Shown in pieces: positions 11,431 through 24,312 of a stretch of 64,000 nt of DNA. Position numbers and translations under genes: made by a program. Position 1 is the first letter of the stretch; each line of letters starts with the position of its first letter. Source of the DNA: Octopus sinensis. Its lineage: Eukaryota. Under the pieces are notes generated by a model, which was not told where the DNA came from, did not search any database, and was given only the letters and a program-made list of their open reading frames with translations. The stretch is from positions 124,992,001 through 125,056,000 of the forward strand of contig NC_042999.1 of the NCBI RefSeq assembly GCF_006345805.1. Reading direction: 5' to 3'.

Positions 11431-12629
11431 TATTCATATTATAATAACTTGCAGAACACCTCCACATACCAGACATTCATTTTTTTTTTTTGCTGGTTTA
11501 TTTAATTTACTACTAAAATATAATGTAGGTATCAGGACATCAAGATACCTGCTTTCACTGATTTCTAGTATAGGTACAAGGTATTCACTTTAGGGGTTGG
11601 GTACAACCAATTTAATCAATCCTAGTACATGATTCATACTTTATTTAATTTGCCCTTTCAAAATGTTATTTATCTCACCCCCATCCCCACTGGAAAATTG
11701 CTTTAAATAAATAATTGAATTTTAGCGAGACTGAACATTATTTTACAATGGCGTTCTGTAGATCTTATTTAACATGGATATACAATAGAAAGCCGGAAAA
11801 CTGGTAGTCATCTCAAGAAAATATCTTGTGTACTTTTTAGCACTTCACATCCATATGAGGTTCTCTCTCAAGATGAATACAGCAGTTTTCTGGCTTTCTA
11901 CAATATATCCACATTAAGTAATATATATGGAATGCTATTTTGAACTAATACTGCTACCATCGCTAATAACCATTATTTTACATTATATGTCATTTATTTT
12001 CAGTGGTCATTCATTAATATATTATTTATAGCAGAGAACAATTTTTTTCTGTCACAGATGATATTCATATTCTGACATGCTAGCTACGATGACATGTACA
12101 TGATTAATATTGGTTTGGATTAATATAGAAAAGTGTGATATAGTAATTTCCTCTAACAAGACTCTTTCTAAGGGTATTAACAAAATCCAAAAACAGCAAG
12201 CAATAATGACAACTCTAACAAGATCAATACTGATGACAATTTTTTGACAATGTAGCAATGTAGATTGGGGTAGATGTGATCTTAAAGCCAATTAATGAAA
12301 GCAGAAACATATTGTAGTCATATTACAGCCTCTTCCTTTTCTACTCAGATAGCAAGACCAAGGTTGATCAATATATATTAACAGAGATAATGCTGTGGAA
12401 TATAATCATCATCATCCCCATTGTTTTAATGTCCATTTTATCAGGCTCATATGAGTCAGGTGAAATTCATTGACACAAATTTACTACTGCCAGCTACTCC
12501 TCTTGTCACCAATACTCACTTGTTTTCAAGTCAGGGAAATATATATAACTGGCACTGGTATAATAAAGAGTTAAAAAGCATAGATAGTAGTAAAATCATT
12601 GTTGTCTTCCACATATACTGGCTTGTCCT

Positions 12630-12909
12630 TTCAGGTGTCGGTGCTACTTAAAAAGCACCTGTGCCAGTGCTGCATAAATGCGCCCATGCCGGTGCCGCAT
12701 AAATGCACCCATGTCAGTGACATGTAAAAAGCACCCAGCACACTCTGCTAAGTAGTTGGCATTAAGAAGGGCATCCAGCCATAGACCCCATGCCACAACA
12801 GATAGCTCCCTGCTAGCCAGCTCCATGTCAAACCGTCCAACCCATGCCAGCATGGAGAGTGGATGTTAAATGATGATGATGGTGGTGGTGGTGGTGGTGA
12901 TGATGGTGA

Positions 12910-12943
<34 letters not shown>

Positions 12944-12990
12944 GGTGGTGATGATGAGGGTGATGATGCTGATGGTGGTGGTGATGATGA
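12630..12990 (+). mobile_element. RTE 3'-end fragment with an expanded (GAT/GGT)n tail
   Basis: ccaacccatgccagcatgga...gttaaatgatgatgat terminus is shared with the RTE copies. Confidence 0.75.
12865..12990. repeat. Compound (GAT)n/(GGT)n microsatellite
   Basis: Read directly; it is the source of the poly-His and poly-Met pseudo-ORFs. Confidence 0.95.
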
Positions 12991-14007
12991 TGAGTGCTTT
13001 CAATATAAAAGTAAAAGGCAAAAGCAAAACACAGCACATACAGAGATGCAAACTGAGATGCACTCAGCCGTACAGGTTGTTCATCTGGAGTCAAATGGAA
13101 AACTCCACAGATCCCAGATTAACATTTTCGTAAAAAGAAAGTGCTTTCTTTCAGCTATAATCTCTTGCCTACACTTGGATGCTAACTGTGGGCTCATTCA
13201 ACCTGGCCATGTTTTTAATTCTTATTACTTAGTAAATTTATTGGATATGTGAATGACTGGGTGGTTAAGAAACATGCTTTCCAACCCTGTAGTCTCAGGT
13301 TCAATCCCACTGTGCAGTACTTTGAACAAGTGTTTTCTACTATGGCACTGAGCTGACCAAATCTTTGTGAGCAAATTTGGTAGACAGAAACTGAAAGAAG
13401 CTTGTTTGTTTGTCTTGACATCACATAATGGTTATAAATGAGTAGCACTGTTATACAAGCAATGGTTTTTGTTTCCAGCCTTCTGGGAAAAACATGTCTG
13501 ATCATGAGAAATTTTACAGTTAAAGGTTGGTGATAGGAAGAGCATCCAGCCATAAAAAATCTGCCTCAGCAAATTCTGTCTGACCCATGCAAGCATGGTA
13601 AGGTGGATGCTAAATAATGATGATGGTGGTGGTGGTGGTGGTGGTGATGATGAGGATGATGTAGCACCTCTGTGAAAAGAAAAAGATGTCTCTGTCCTGA
13701 ATCCTTTCAGTCTTGTCCAGTTCATAGCCTCTTTTGTCATAGTCACCAAACAGAGGAAAATTACACTTTCCAGCCAAATTAATGGCAACAAGATAATTGG
13801 ATGGATTTAAGATGAATTTAACTGATAGCAGAATCCATCTTATATGCAACAACATAATTCCATGAGTCAGTAATGTCTGGACACTAAACAAGTGCATACA
13901 AGAGGAGAGGTTTTCTTGCTCTGCTCACATCTCAGAAATTGGCTTGCTTGGTGATGAAGAACTGATATAGCCATTGATTAACTCTAACAGTAATTTTAGC
14001 ACACATA

Positions 14008-14037
14008 GTAGTAGTAGTAGTAGTAGTAGTAGTTGCT

Positions 14038-14077
<40 letters not shown>

Positions 14078-14093
14078 CAGCAGCAGCAGCAGT
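14008..14093. repeat. (TAG)n/(CAG)n microsatellite
   Basis: Read directly. Confidence 0.95.
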
Positions 14094-14545
14094 ATAAATT
14101 ACTGAAAGATAAGATTAGCACAGAAAACACAAATTTAGTGTCTTGCACTCAGCAGTAAAAAGTTAATTTAGATATAATTGTGCAGTGAAGAATAGAAAAA
14201 TAATATTAATCAATGTCTAAAGTTATTTTATTTCAACAAGTATAGGAGACAACTCTAAGCATATTTTGGTCTTATCATAACTTCATCAGCAAAGCATAAG
14301 CTTCTCCATATTTTGCTAAAGAGTACAAATCTTCACACTAAATCTATCATCACTACTTCAAGGCCATGCTTTACTAAGTAATGATTGAAACAGGTTTGCA
14401 GATATCATTTGCCTTAACAATTAAAACATTAATCAATTACTAATATTGTATTATTTCTAATTAGCTTGTCAATGCTCCTTACATTAAATATATTAATACC
14501 AACATGACTAGTAGTAGTAGATTTGAGGACACATGCTAATTTCTG

Positions 14546-14620
14546 TCTTCTTCTTCTTCTTCTTCTTCTTCTTCTTTTTCTTCTTCTTCTTCTTCTTCTT
14601 CTTCTTCTTCTTCTTCTTCA
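14546..14620. repeat. (CTT)n microsatellite
   Basis: Read directly. Confidence 0.95.
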
Positions 14621-15030
14621 AGAACAATAATCTTCACACTATCTCTATGTCATCGTTTGTAGTAACAACATTTTTTTGTTTACAATAAAAATAAATATCT
14701 TATCAAAATCTCCAATAGATTTCAGTATTCTTTATCATAACAAGTGGTGACCTTAATGTTGAAGAACATTTTGCATTTTTATATTTGAACATCATTGATG
14801 AGAACTTCCAACACCAAGATCTCTTTTGAACCATATCTGACATCATTAATGTTTACTGCAGCTATCATATCAACAAATCCCCATATTTTGGTCTTATGAC
14901 CCAACAGTATGATTCATTTACCCAGAGGCATAGTTTTTGTCCTGGCATATTATGTTGGACAGCACCCACACAATTTATGTGATTGGTACCCTTTCACCAG
15001 AGATCCAGGGTTTGATTATATCTCCAAACA

Positions 15031-15440
15031 GCATATATATAAAATACAGGATGTGTTCTGTCTGTGTGTTTCTCATGTCGTTAAAACTCGAGATCCACCA
15101 AACCAATTTTAATGAAATTTTACACATGCGTTACATAGGGTCCATGGAGTGTCATGGGCCAAAAACATTTTCAACTTCTTGCCTAATGCAGGCCCAGGGG
15201 CAAATAAATGGCAATTTTTAAGCATTTTCGCAGTGTCATGGCCTATAACTTGAAGAGTATTCAGTTACTTTCCTCCAAATTTGCAACAAACATTAATCAG
15301 GCTCCCCAAATTGCTGTTGACTAAAAAAATTTCCGACACCAACTATGCCCCCACTCCCCCCAAAATACAGATTAATCAGATTTGAGTATACTGCACTGGG
15401 TTTTATCTTTGTTTTAGGCCATTTTCCAACGATAAAATAT
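15031..15440 (+). mobile_element. Helitron-N/DINE-like 5' fragment
   Basis: catatatataaaat...tgtctgtgtgtttc...aaccaattttaatgaaattttacaca resembles the 5' module of the Helitron-N copies. No CTAG 3' end was found. Confidence 0.45.
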
Positions 15441-15559
15441 TCTCACTACTTATGCATTATAAGTAGTGTATAATATTTCATGAAAACGTTTTTGTTCAAT
15501 TTGGCAGAGGAAATGAGAAGAACATTAAAATTTTTGTCAGTACCCTGTTGATGCTTCAT

Positions 15560-15858
15560 GTTACCATCCCACATACCACCGGGCCATGTGCGTGTGTGTG
15601 TGGCTGGGTAAAGGCACAACAAACCCATTCACCCATTCTCCAAAAGTGCCCGGTTAATGTTTCACGTTTCCAATCCTGCGCAACGCAGCATAGCCCAGCA
15701 GCATGTCTGCTTTCTATGTCATTTATGCCTGAACTATATAATGCAAAATGTTCATACAAAAAAACAAACTGCTGCTGTGACTCACAGCCATTTGAGTTTG
15801 ACTGTGGTGACCACTTCCAAATGCTACATTCACTACCAGCAATTAGTCCTACACCCTG
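15560..15858 (-). mobile_element. Tc1/mariner-superfamily 5' fragment (transposase N-terminus relic)
   Basis: Minus-strand cagggtgt TIR-like end at about 15858. The translation MT*KADMLLGYAALRRIGN resembles the EKADMLLVYG N-terminal HTH of some mariner-like transposases. Confidence 0.35.
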
Positions 15859-15890
15859 TTTCCTCCCCCATTTAGTCGGACAAGTAAGTA

Positions 15891-16347
15891 CAGGGTGTCC
15901 CAGAATTATTGATGATTTGAGTGAAATCAGATGCATTTTTTTTTAAAACTCACTTTTATGTATGTTTATCATGTTTAATCTGTGTTAAAAGTGTATTTTG
16001 TTTATAATATTATTTTCATTCCTGTTGTCCACGACAGCTTTTTTTCTATTTGGCAGTAATCAATTTCTTTACCTCCATCCTTATGATGGAGCAATCATTT
16101 AGCTGAGCTTAAAGAACACATTCAGTTAGTGCAGGAGCTAACTCCTGAAATGCTTCAAAATGTGTTTCACAATGCTAAGGAGAGGTTTGAAGTATGCAGG
16201 GAAAGAGACATGCTGAAAATTTTCAATACAAGTTTGATGTAAGATTTATGAATTTATTTGTTTTGGTAATAAACATAAAATCCTATCAGTTTTTTTTTAA
16301 TTTTGCTCAATTTCATTAAAACAGATAGTTAATTCTGGAACACCCTG
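15891..16347 (+). mobile_element. Internally deleted Tc1/mariner element
   Basis: TIRs cagggtgtccagaatta / taattctggaacaccctg with TA on both flanks. Internal remnant ELTPEMLQNVFHNAKERFEVCRE resembles a transposase C-terminus. Confidence 0.8.
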
Positions 16348-16456
16348 TATGGTGTAGCATTGTTAGTTGTTGCGTTGCTTGAGTAAGTATTAAAATCAAA
16401 GGTCTTCTTGTTGTAAACATCCCATTTTTTGTTAAGCATATTGTATCAAGGAGTAT

Positions 16457-16910
16457 CATCATCATCATCATCATTTAACGTCCATTGTCCATGCTAGCAC
16501 GGGTTGGATGGTTTGATTGAGGTCTGAAAAGCCAGCGGCTGCAATCTGATCTGACAATGTCTCTACAGTTGGATGCCCAGTGTGTAGTAGGTGCTTTTAT
16601 GTGCTACCAGCACAGGAGCCAGTCAGGCAGCTCTGACACTGATCATGTTCGGATAGTGCTTTTTATGTGCCACCAGCACAGGACCCAGTCAGGGGGTACT
16701 GGTATTGACCACATTCAGATGGTGCATTTTATATGCTACCAGCATAGAAGCCAGTCAGGGGCACTGGCCACAGCTTCCATTTTGATTTTACTTGACTCAA
16801 CAGGTCTTCTCAAGCATATCATATCACCCGACGTATCAAGGATACTTAGAAGTGGGCCGGATATGCAACACTGGCATCGGCCATGGCTGCGATCTCACTT
16901 CAGTTCTATG
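16457..16910 (-). mobile_element. RTE 3' UTR fragment with internal ~55-60 bp repeats
   Basis: (CAT)n tail, tttaacgtcc...catgctagcacgggttgg, and repeated gtgcttttatgtgc.accagcac units. Confidence 0.75.
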
Positions 16911-17214
16911 CTGACCAAAGCCTTGTGTATTATTTGTAATTACCATTACTGTATTGATATATAAAATATCTCATACAACTCATTTATTATTGTCATATAA
17001 TAAACAAACAGAAGTTCGTGTATGAAATTGATCTTTTTTCTATTTCAATTATTTCATGTTTTTTTCTTATAAAATACACACATACAGAAGGAGTAAATCT
17101 ACATATATAATAACACTTTGAATGTAGCTCCCAAGAAAGAGTAAAAGTAATTACCCGATCAACGACGGGTATAACTGCTAATTCCAAATAAAACTCTCAA
17201 ATGAGAATTGATTA

Positions 17215-17400
17215 GAAACATTTCCAAGTCGCAGCAGCACCTGCACCAGCTACTCATCACAGAGGAATTGGGCAACAAAAAGCCTTCTCAACTTCTCCAA
17301 CACACGAAGCAGCAACCATATTGGTTTCTGTTCCTTGGAGCATGTTGGTCTTGTACTTCCCTGACTCAGATACTCGCAACTCATCCGTCTCTTCCTCTCC
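17215..17400 (+). mobile_element. Ty3/gypsy gag-like relic
   Basis: SQQHLHQLLITEELGNKKPSQLL matches the invertebrate gypsy Gag motif L.QLL..EELGD.KPSQLL. Confidence 0.6.
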
Positions 17401-17943
17401 TGTCACGCTTTGTTGCATCCTACTCCTCTGGCCCAGCTCTAACTCCTATGCCAACATTTTTTTCTTCCCAGTACATCAACCCTCTAGAATCTGCTTCTTT
17501 CTGATATCTTTCCTGTAGGTATTAAGCTGCTATGTTTTAAATGGATCCTTAACATCATCAGCCAGGGGAGCCTGTAAAGATCATGGGCCCTGCCTCCTCC
17601 TCGAAACACAAGAAATAAAATACAATTCTATAAATTTTTTGAGAAAGGCTAAGGTATAGTTAAAAGGTGGGGTGACTTTACCAACTACGGTTCGCGGGAC
17701 TTTCTGAATTGAACATCAAAACGAAAAATTACCTTGAACATTTTTAGTAGTGTGACCCGATTGATAACGATCCAAGTCTCATGTGGCCCACTTCTCAAAA
17801 AAGTTTACCCATGTCCAGTTTAAAATTATAGTGATTTCCAATGTTAACTATTTGCCTTGAAACCGTATCATTTCAGGTAAGCTTTCACATTGAAAATGAT
17901 AACAACTTTCAATGCTACCTTCAATCAAAATATAACATTGATG

Positions 17944-18058
17944 GGCGGAGGTAAAGAATACGTACACCACCCGTTTTCGGAGTAACAAAAACCTAACCCT
18001 AACCTTAAACCCTAGTCATAACCCTAAACACCGGGACAACGCATTCTTTACTTTCGCC
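17944..18058. mobile_element. Small MITE with ~9 bp TSD (Merlin-like), containing telomere-like CCCTAA repeats
   Basis: TIRs ggcggaggtaaagaatacgt / acgcattctttactttcgcc (17 of 20 complementary), flanked by acattgatg and gcattgatg. Interior reads cctaaccctaaccttaaaccctag...aaccctaaa. Confidence 0.7.
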
Positions 18059-18207
18059 GCATTGATGAACACGTACATTAAATTCAGTTGTTCTGAATTC
18101 TCTTCGTAACATTGATGCCGTTTATGAATATGTTAGCGATTTATGTTCACTCTCTATTCACCTCTCAGTTACTCTGCCCAGATGTAAGGTCTGTGAAAGA
18201 GTAGAGA

Positions 18208-18259
<52 letters not shown>

Positions 18260-18346
18260 CTCACAGTACAATTGTTAACTGGTGTGGTAGGTAAGTGGTC
18301 TACAAGTTTAGTCGCTACATCACAACATCATTAATGGGATACTTCA

Positions 18347-18741
18347 GGCGGCGAGCTGGCAGAAACGTTAGCACGTCAGGCGAAATGCTTAGCGGTATTT
18401 CGTCTGCCGTTACGTTGTGAGTCCAAATTTCGCTGAGGTCGACTTTGTCTTTCATCCTTTCGGGGTCGATAAATTAAGTACCAGTTACGCACTGGGGTCG
18501 ATGTAATCGACTTAATCCCTTTGTTTGTCCACTCTATGTTTAGCCCCTTGTGGGTAGTAAAGAAATAGGTAATTCGTCTGCCGCTACGTTCTGAGTTCAA
18601 ATTCCGCCGAGGTCAACTTTGCCTTTCATCCTTTCGGGGTCGATTAAATAAGTACCAGTTACGCACTAAGGTCGATATAATCGACTTAATCCGTTTGTTT
18701 GTCCCCGCTGTGTGTAGCCCCTTGTGGGCAGTAAAGAAATA
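18347..18741 (+). mobile_element. Young tRNA-derived SINE (family A): full monomer plus a 5'-truncated second monomer
   Basis: Head ggcggcgagctggcaga, B-box-like gagttcaaattcc, CpGs intact, TSD ggatacttca at 18337-18346 and 18742-18751. Decayed copies occur near 3060, 3590, 5368, 23385, 29270, 29525, 32180, 37470, 38660, 41525, 46679, 49833, 56205, 59200, 62240 and 62785. Confidence 0.85.
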
Positions 18742-19362
18742 GGATACTTCAGAGCTCATGAGAAGGGTAGGTACAGAGAGGTCATCGTACTCGGGCCGGA
18801 GAATTTCCTTGGATCTCTGTAAATGTTTATATGTATGAAAGGCTAGCATTTGCAGAAAGAAAAGGGCGCCCGAGAAAACCTTTGTAACCAATGTTAAAAA
18901 AAAAAAAGAAGAATCCTTTCAGAGACCTTGGATACAAACTTAGTAACTCTCCAGGCAACCACTAGCCCATACGAAATAGCGCTTCCTCTACGTGGCTGTT
19001 GCTATATGACTATTCAATAGCTATATTATAGCAAAAACAAAAGAAAAACTTTGTTGTTTATTAGCTTCTTAACGAAATCTTCTTTTTTTTTAATGTGGTA
19101 ATTTAGTCTTGAAAATTTGTTTCAACTTCTCGCACTCTTTCCTCTGCATCTTTCTCTGTGTTTCGTTTTTCTTTTCTTTCTGTGTAATGTGTGTGCGTGC
19201 GTGGTGGGGGTGAGTTGCTTTCATTCGTTCCAGCTCAGTGCGTGAAAGCCATGTGCCTGCTTGTCAACTAACGGTCTGGATGATTCAAGTAGTGGAAACC
19301 ATCAGATAGGCTGAAACCATCAGATATTGATTGTACTCTTCGAGTGCTTTGGCCACACAACC

Positions 19363-19449
19363 ATGATTCGACTGAAACCCTTGAACAAGTTATTAACTTG
19401 GAGCTTTATACGGGATGGGACCAACAAGCGAAGGTTTTACACTAAACAG
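19363..19449 (+). CDS. THNSL1: Probable first coding exon of the THNSL1-like gene (mitochondrial-targeting-like leader MIRLKPLNKLLTWSFIRDGTNKRRFYTKQ)
   Basis: ATG in caaccATG context inside a CpG-retaining region. 29 codons, basic and with only one acidic residue, ending in an RRFY motif. Donor CAG|gtactc is phase 0, matching the phase-0 acceptor of the next exon. Vertebrate THNSL1 has a comparable leader before KNIIL. The link across a ~19.5 kb intron is inference. Confidence 0.6.
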
Positions 19450-21626
19450 GTACTCTAACGTTATTTTGTTAAATTGGTTCTAAATAATCTTCTATTTAAG
19501 ACAGACGATAATTTTATCTATTTATTTTAATTGCGGTTGATTTGCCTTCATTAATTGGTTTGTTTTTATTTAGATTCATTAATTATGTGGTTTCTATATA
19601 ATGTTGTTTTAGATAAACACAAGGTTTTAATTGCCTTTTCAACTTTACGCATTTCTATTTCCTCAAACGACAGACAGTTGAATATTTGCCTTTTCATCTA
19701 ACTTTTGTTATTTTATCATTTCATTCTCTACAACTAGGAAATACAACTATTTAACTTTTTAAATTTTGTATTCCAACAACACCAGTTTTTCGTTTTTACT
19801 AGTTAAAAAAACTTCAAGCTCTTATCCAAATAACTTACAAATTAAGGCTGATCCAATACACGTAAGCAACAACAAAAATGCATTAAAAACATTGTGTGCC
19901 CCATATTGTTGTTGCCTTTCAGCCCTGAAGTCAACCGTGACTGAACAGACATTAAAATCATCGAAGTGATACTCCTGTCATTTTCAAGACAATAAGATAT
20001 GATTTGAGAGATATTTTGTAACTATTTCTAGCAGATCGAGCGATCGCGTAGATGTTCCGTTGTTTAGTCCTAGGTTAACATTGATCAAGCGAACCTATAA
20101 CCAAAGGTACTCTAACAATGGCCCTCCCCTATTTTTTTCAAGCATTGTGTATCCCAGTCAGTATTATCCAACTTGTCCTTTTTGATAGTGTGTGATTTAG
20201 GGATATTTGGCTGCTATTTTTAGCAAGTCAAGCGTACGCATACAGGCTCTCGTTAGTTAGTGTGGATTTTCTGGAACCTTCAATTCTATTTTTAAAAGCC
20301 TGCGATGCACTATTGCTAAACCACTGTTCTGCCGTTTTAAATATAGGGCACACTGGAAAATCTTTCCCAAGGGATATTATGCCAGAAAAAAAAACCCTGA
20401 TGGTCATAGCATAGGCTCGAGCTGGTGTTATACAACAGCAATAACAAACAACAGCACCATAGAATTAGTCCATAGTGCATCGTTTCCCTAACTGGATTCC
20501 GCAGAACCTTAGTTTCGCGGAAGTTCGCTAGGGGGTTCAATGAGTGGTCACTAGAGTTCTGCGAAAAATAACGATAAATTGGTTTCGTTTATTTATTTGC
20601 TGAGTTTGTGAGAAAAGGAAGTGTCAGGTTAATTATATGTAAATGTGTGCTTTTTGTCAATCTTTATTTATATCCAACTTGACGTGGATGTTTTGTTAAA
20701 CTAGATTGTAAATTGCTTCTTGGTATTAATACTGCTTCCGTCGCAAATAATTATTTTGTGTGTGTGATTTAAGCGCAACTTAGCTGTTGTTTTTAGCGCA
20801 TTTCGCGACCACCTGATGCCTTCCTCGTTTTTTTTGTCACTCTGACATGTATTGATGCTTCTCGATATTTTTCTCCCCATAAACATATTAAATGGAATGA
20901 TGTACCCAGGGGTGGTCCATAACTAGGATTGAAGCACAAAAAAAAAAAAAAAATTCGGACTGTCCCTATTTTAAACTGATTAAAATAAAAAAAGAAATCG
21001 CAAAAGAGTGGAACTTTTAGGATTTATGGGAAGAGAATCAACAATTTAGAACAAAATAATTTTTTTCATAATCGTATGAATTCGCGTCTATTGAACTCAA
21101 ATTCGCAAAAAATTTCTGAAAATACCAAAAGATAAAAAAAAAGGGCGTTTAAACCTGAATTTCGCCCGTTTTTTTTTTGTTAGTAATTTTTGTGTTCAAT
21201 TTTCAATTCATAATTTCATTATATAAATACAAAATATTCCTAAAAGTATAGAAATCTTGGCATTCATAGATAGTATTAAGAGGAACATGACTTCTTAATA
21301 AGGAATTCGAGGGGAATTTGGTGAAGATGAAATTTTTCAAAATTTTAGCAGTTTCTAAAAGTCTTATGATTTACTAAATTTTTTTTAATGAAATTGAACT
21401 TTATAAAGGAGACTAATAAAGATACATAATGACTATGTAAGCTTCCCTGAGATATCTTTTACTTGTTTCAGTTATGAGACTGTGGCCATGCTGGGACATT
21501 ACCTTGAAGAATTTTTAGTTGAATTAATCGACCACAGTACTTTGCCAAACCACTAAGTTATAGGGATGTAAACACACTAACACCAGTTGTCAAGCAATGA
21601 AGAGGGACAAATACAGACACACAGAT

Positions 21627-22290
21627 CATCATCATCATTTAACGTCCATTGCCCATGCTGGCATGGATTAGACAGTTTGACCAGGACAGGTAATCTGAGG
21701 AGCTGCACCAAACTCCAGTCTGATTTGGCATGATTTCTACAGCTAGATGCCCTTCCTAATGCCAACCACTCCAAGAGTGTAATGGGTGCTTTTATGTGCC
21801 ACTGGTCTGGGTGCCAGTTGTATGACACCAGTATCTTCCACAACTATGATTTCACTTGGCTTCATGGGTCTTCTTCTCAAACACAACATGTTGCCAAAGG
21901 TCTCAATCATTTGTCATTGCTCCTGTGTGGCCCAACACTCAAAAGGTGCTTTTTACATGTCAGCAAGATAAGTGCCAGTTGCATGACACTGGCATTAGCT
22001 ACATTGTGTCTCTGTGAGGCCCATTGCTTGAAAAGTGCTTTTCATGTGCCACTGGCATGGGTGCCAGTTATGTGACACCAGCATCAGCCACACCTACGAT
22101 TTCACTTGGCTTGATGGGTCTTCTCAAGCACAGCATATCACCAAAGGTCTTGGTCACTTGTCATCACCTCCATGAGGCCCAGCGTTTGAAGATCATGGCT
22201 TTGCTACCTCATCTTGTGTCTTCCTGGGTCTACCGCTTCCACAGGTTCCCTTCACTGTTAGAGATCAGCACTTCTTTATACAGCTGTCCT
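21627..22290 (-). mobile_element. 5'-truncated RTE 3' fragment
   Basis: (CAT)n tail, shared 3' UTR, and a remnant of the C-terminal GRGRPRKTW segment. Confidence 0.75.
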
Positions 22291-24312
22291 TGTCATAAAA
22301 ACATACATATGTGATGGGCTTCTTTCAGATTCCATCTACTAGATCTACTCATAAGGCTTTGGTCAACTCAATGCTATATTAGAAGACACTTGCTCTAGGT
22401 GCCATGCAGTGGGACTGAACCTCAAGCCACGTGGTTTAGAAGCAAGCTTCTCACCACACAGCCATGCCTGCAAAAAGGTTGAAAAATGCTGTAGTATCAG
22501 TCGAATCTTGTGAGGGAACCTCTGCTTGCTCTATCAATGTTTACTCATTTATTTGTTTCAGTCATTGGACTGCAGTCATACTGGAGCATCACCTTGAAGG
22601 TTTTAATTGACCTATTCTATTGGTGTCCTTTTGCCAAACCACTAGAATGTGGAGATATAGACAAACCAATACCTGTTATCAAGCAGTGTGGAGAGAAACA
22701 AAGACCTGCATGTATGCATACATACATGTGCACACGTGCACATACACATATTTATATATCTTTTATGATGGTCTTCTACACAGTTTTCACCTACAAAATT
22801 CACTTGCAAGTCATGGGTCAGTCTGGGGCCTTAATAAAAGACATTTGGCCAAGGTGCTGTGCAGTGGGACTGAACCTGAAACCACATGGTAGCAGCAGAC
22901 AAATCTCCCTTAAATTGCTCTTTACAAACTTTTCAAGAAGAACACATCAGATAATAGAGTTCTGGAAAGGCAATGTTTAAGAAAATGACAGGATGGTCTT
23001 GTTGTGAATGCCTTTGACCATACAGTTTGCTCAGTCAGAACTAACCTGGGGTTAAATAACTGCTCCCTACCATTGTCATGAAAGTGAATCATCATCATCA
23101 TCCTATTTCTATTTTTTTTCCATGTTAAAATGGGATGGACAGGATATTTTGAACCAGTATTTTTCTGCCGACTACTTTCACTGATACCAATGCTTTTAAT
23201 CACTCCTTATAACGTGTAGCTACAGGGTGTATCTATTCTAAATATCGAAATACATATACTGTATTTGATGACATAAAAGACACATAGACATATCAAATGC
23301 ATCTCAATTTCAACAGAACATTTTCAGGAAAGAATTGTTTTTTAGTGCATTAAAGCATGTAATATTAGCCCAACATAAGACAGTGGAGCTGCCATAACTG
23401 TTAGCATTCTGGGCAAAATGTGCAGCAACAGTTCGTCCATCTTTATGTTGTGAGTTTAAATTCCACTGAGGTTGACTTCAATTTTCATCCTTTTGATGTT
23501 GATAAAATAAATACCAGTTGGGTACTGGGGTTGATGTAATCAACTTATCTCTCCCCTCGATTTGCTAGCCTTATGCCAAACTTTGAAACAAATATTAACC
23601 CAACTTTGCATATAGGACCTGGGGTAATTTTTTTGAGGCATTTCCTTTTTTTGGGAAAAAAATACATCAAATATAATATTGTCAAACTAATATTTCAATT
23701 GAGTAATGAGGTTGTTAAAATGAATGTATAAAGTATTATCGTCAAGTTAATCAACTGTACCAATTTTTCAACAGCTTTATGCCTGTGCTAGAAATCACTT
23801 TTTTCTCGCACAAAGCAACAATAATATTTCCAAGTTTAGTTTAACCTACCACTCATATTTTATTTAATATTTTTAGATTTTCTAGTTTTTGTTTCCATTT
23901 GTAACTTAGTAAGCATTAGTTTTAAAATGCAATATTATATTACTTAATTAATATGTTTATGAAAACTAATATTATGTTAGCTGTACTAAATTGATAAAAT
24001 GCCAGTAAAAGTGAAGTTGAAATTTATACTTTATAAGTATTAAGCAGCAGAGCAATTTCTGAAAAGTAATTTTTATCGAAGCAGCAACTTGAACATCATA
24101 CAGAATAGGCATAGGCATGGTTGTCGGTTGTGTATTAAGAAGTTTGCTGCCTAACAACTAAGTTCTAGGTTTATTCCCACTGTATCGCACCTTAGGCAAG
24201 TGACTTATACTAAAGCCACAGACTGACCAAAGCCTTGTAAGTGGAAGTGAATGAGTGGAAACTAAAAACTGCTCATTGTGTGTGTGTGTGTGTATATATA
24301 GATAGATAGTGA

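Larger units (their letters stand above)
17560..21200. promoter_or_regulatory. CpG-retaining region around the putative THNSL1 first exon (likely promoter / 5' region)
   Basis: By eye, CG dinucleotides are much more frequent here (17690-18130, 18760-18880, 19190-19460, 20030-20110, 20480-20870) than in the rest of the window. The region brackets the candidate start exon. Not counted formally. Confidence 0.45.

Noticed and set aside
12828-13252. Poly-His, poly-Gly/Asp and poly-Met/Val ORFs (similar ones at 27520-27995, 49309-49834 and 63297-63709)
   Set aside because: These are translations of microsatellites in several frames, with no splice or homology support.
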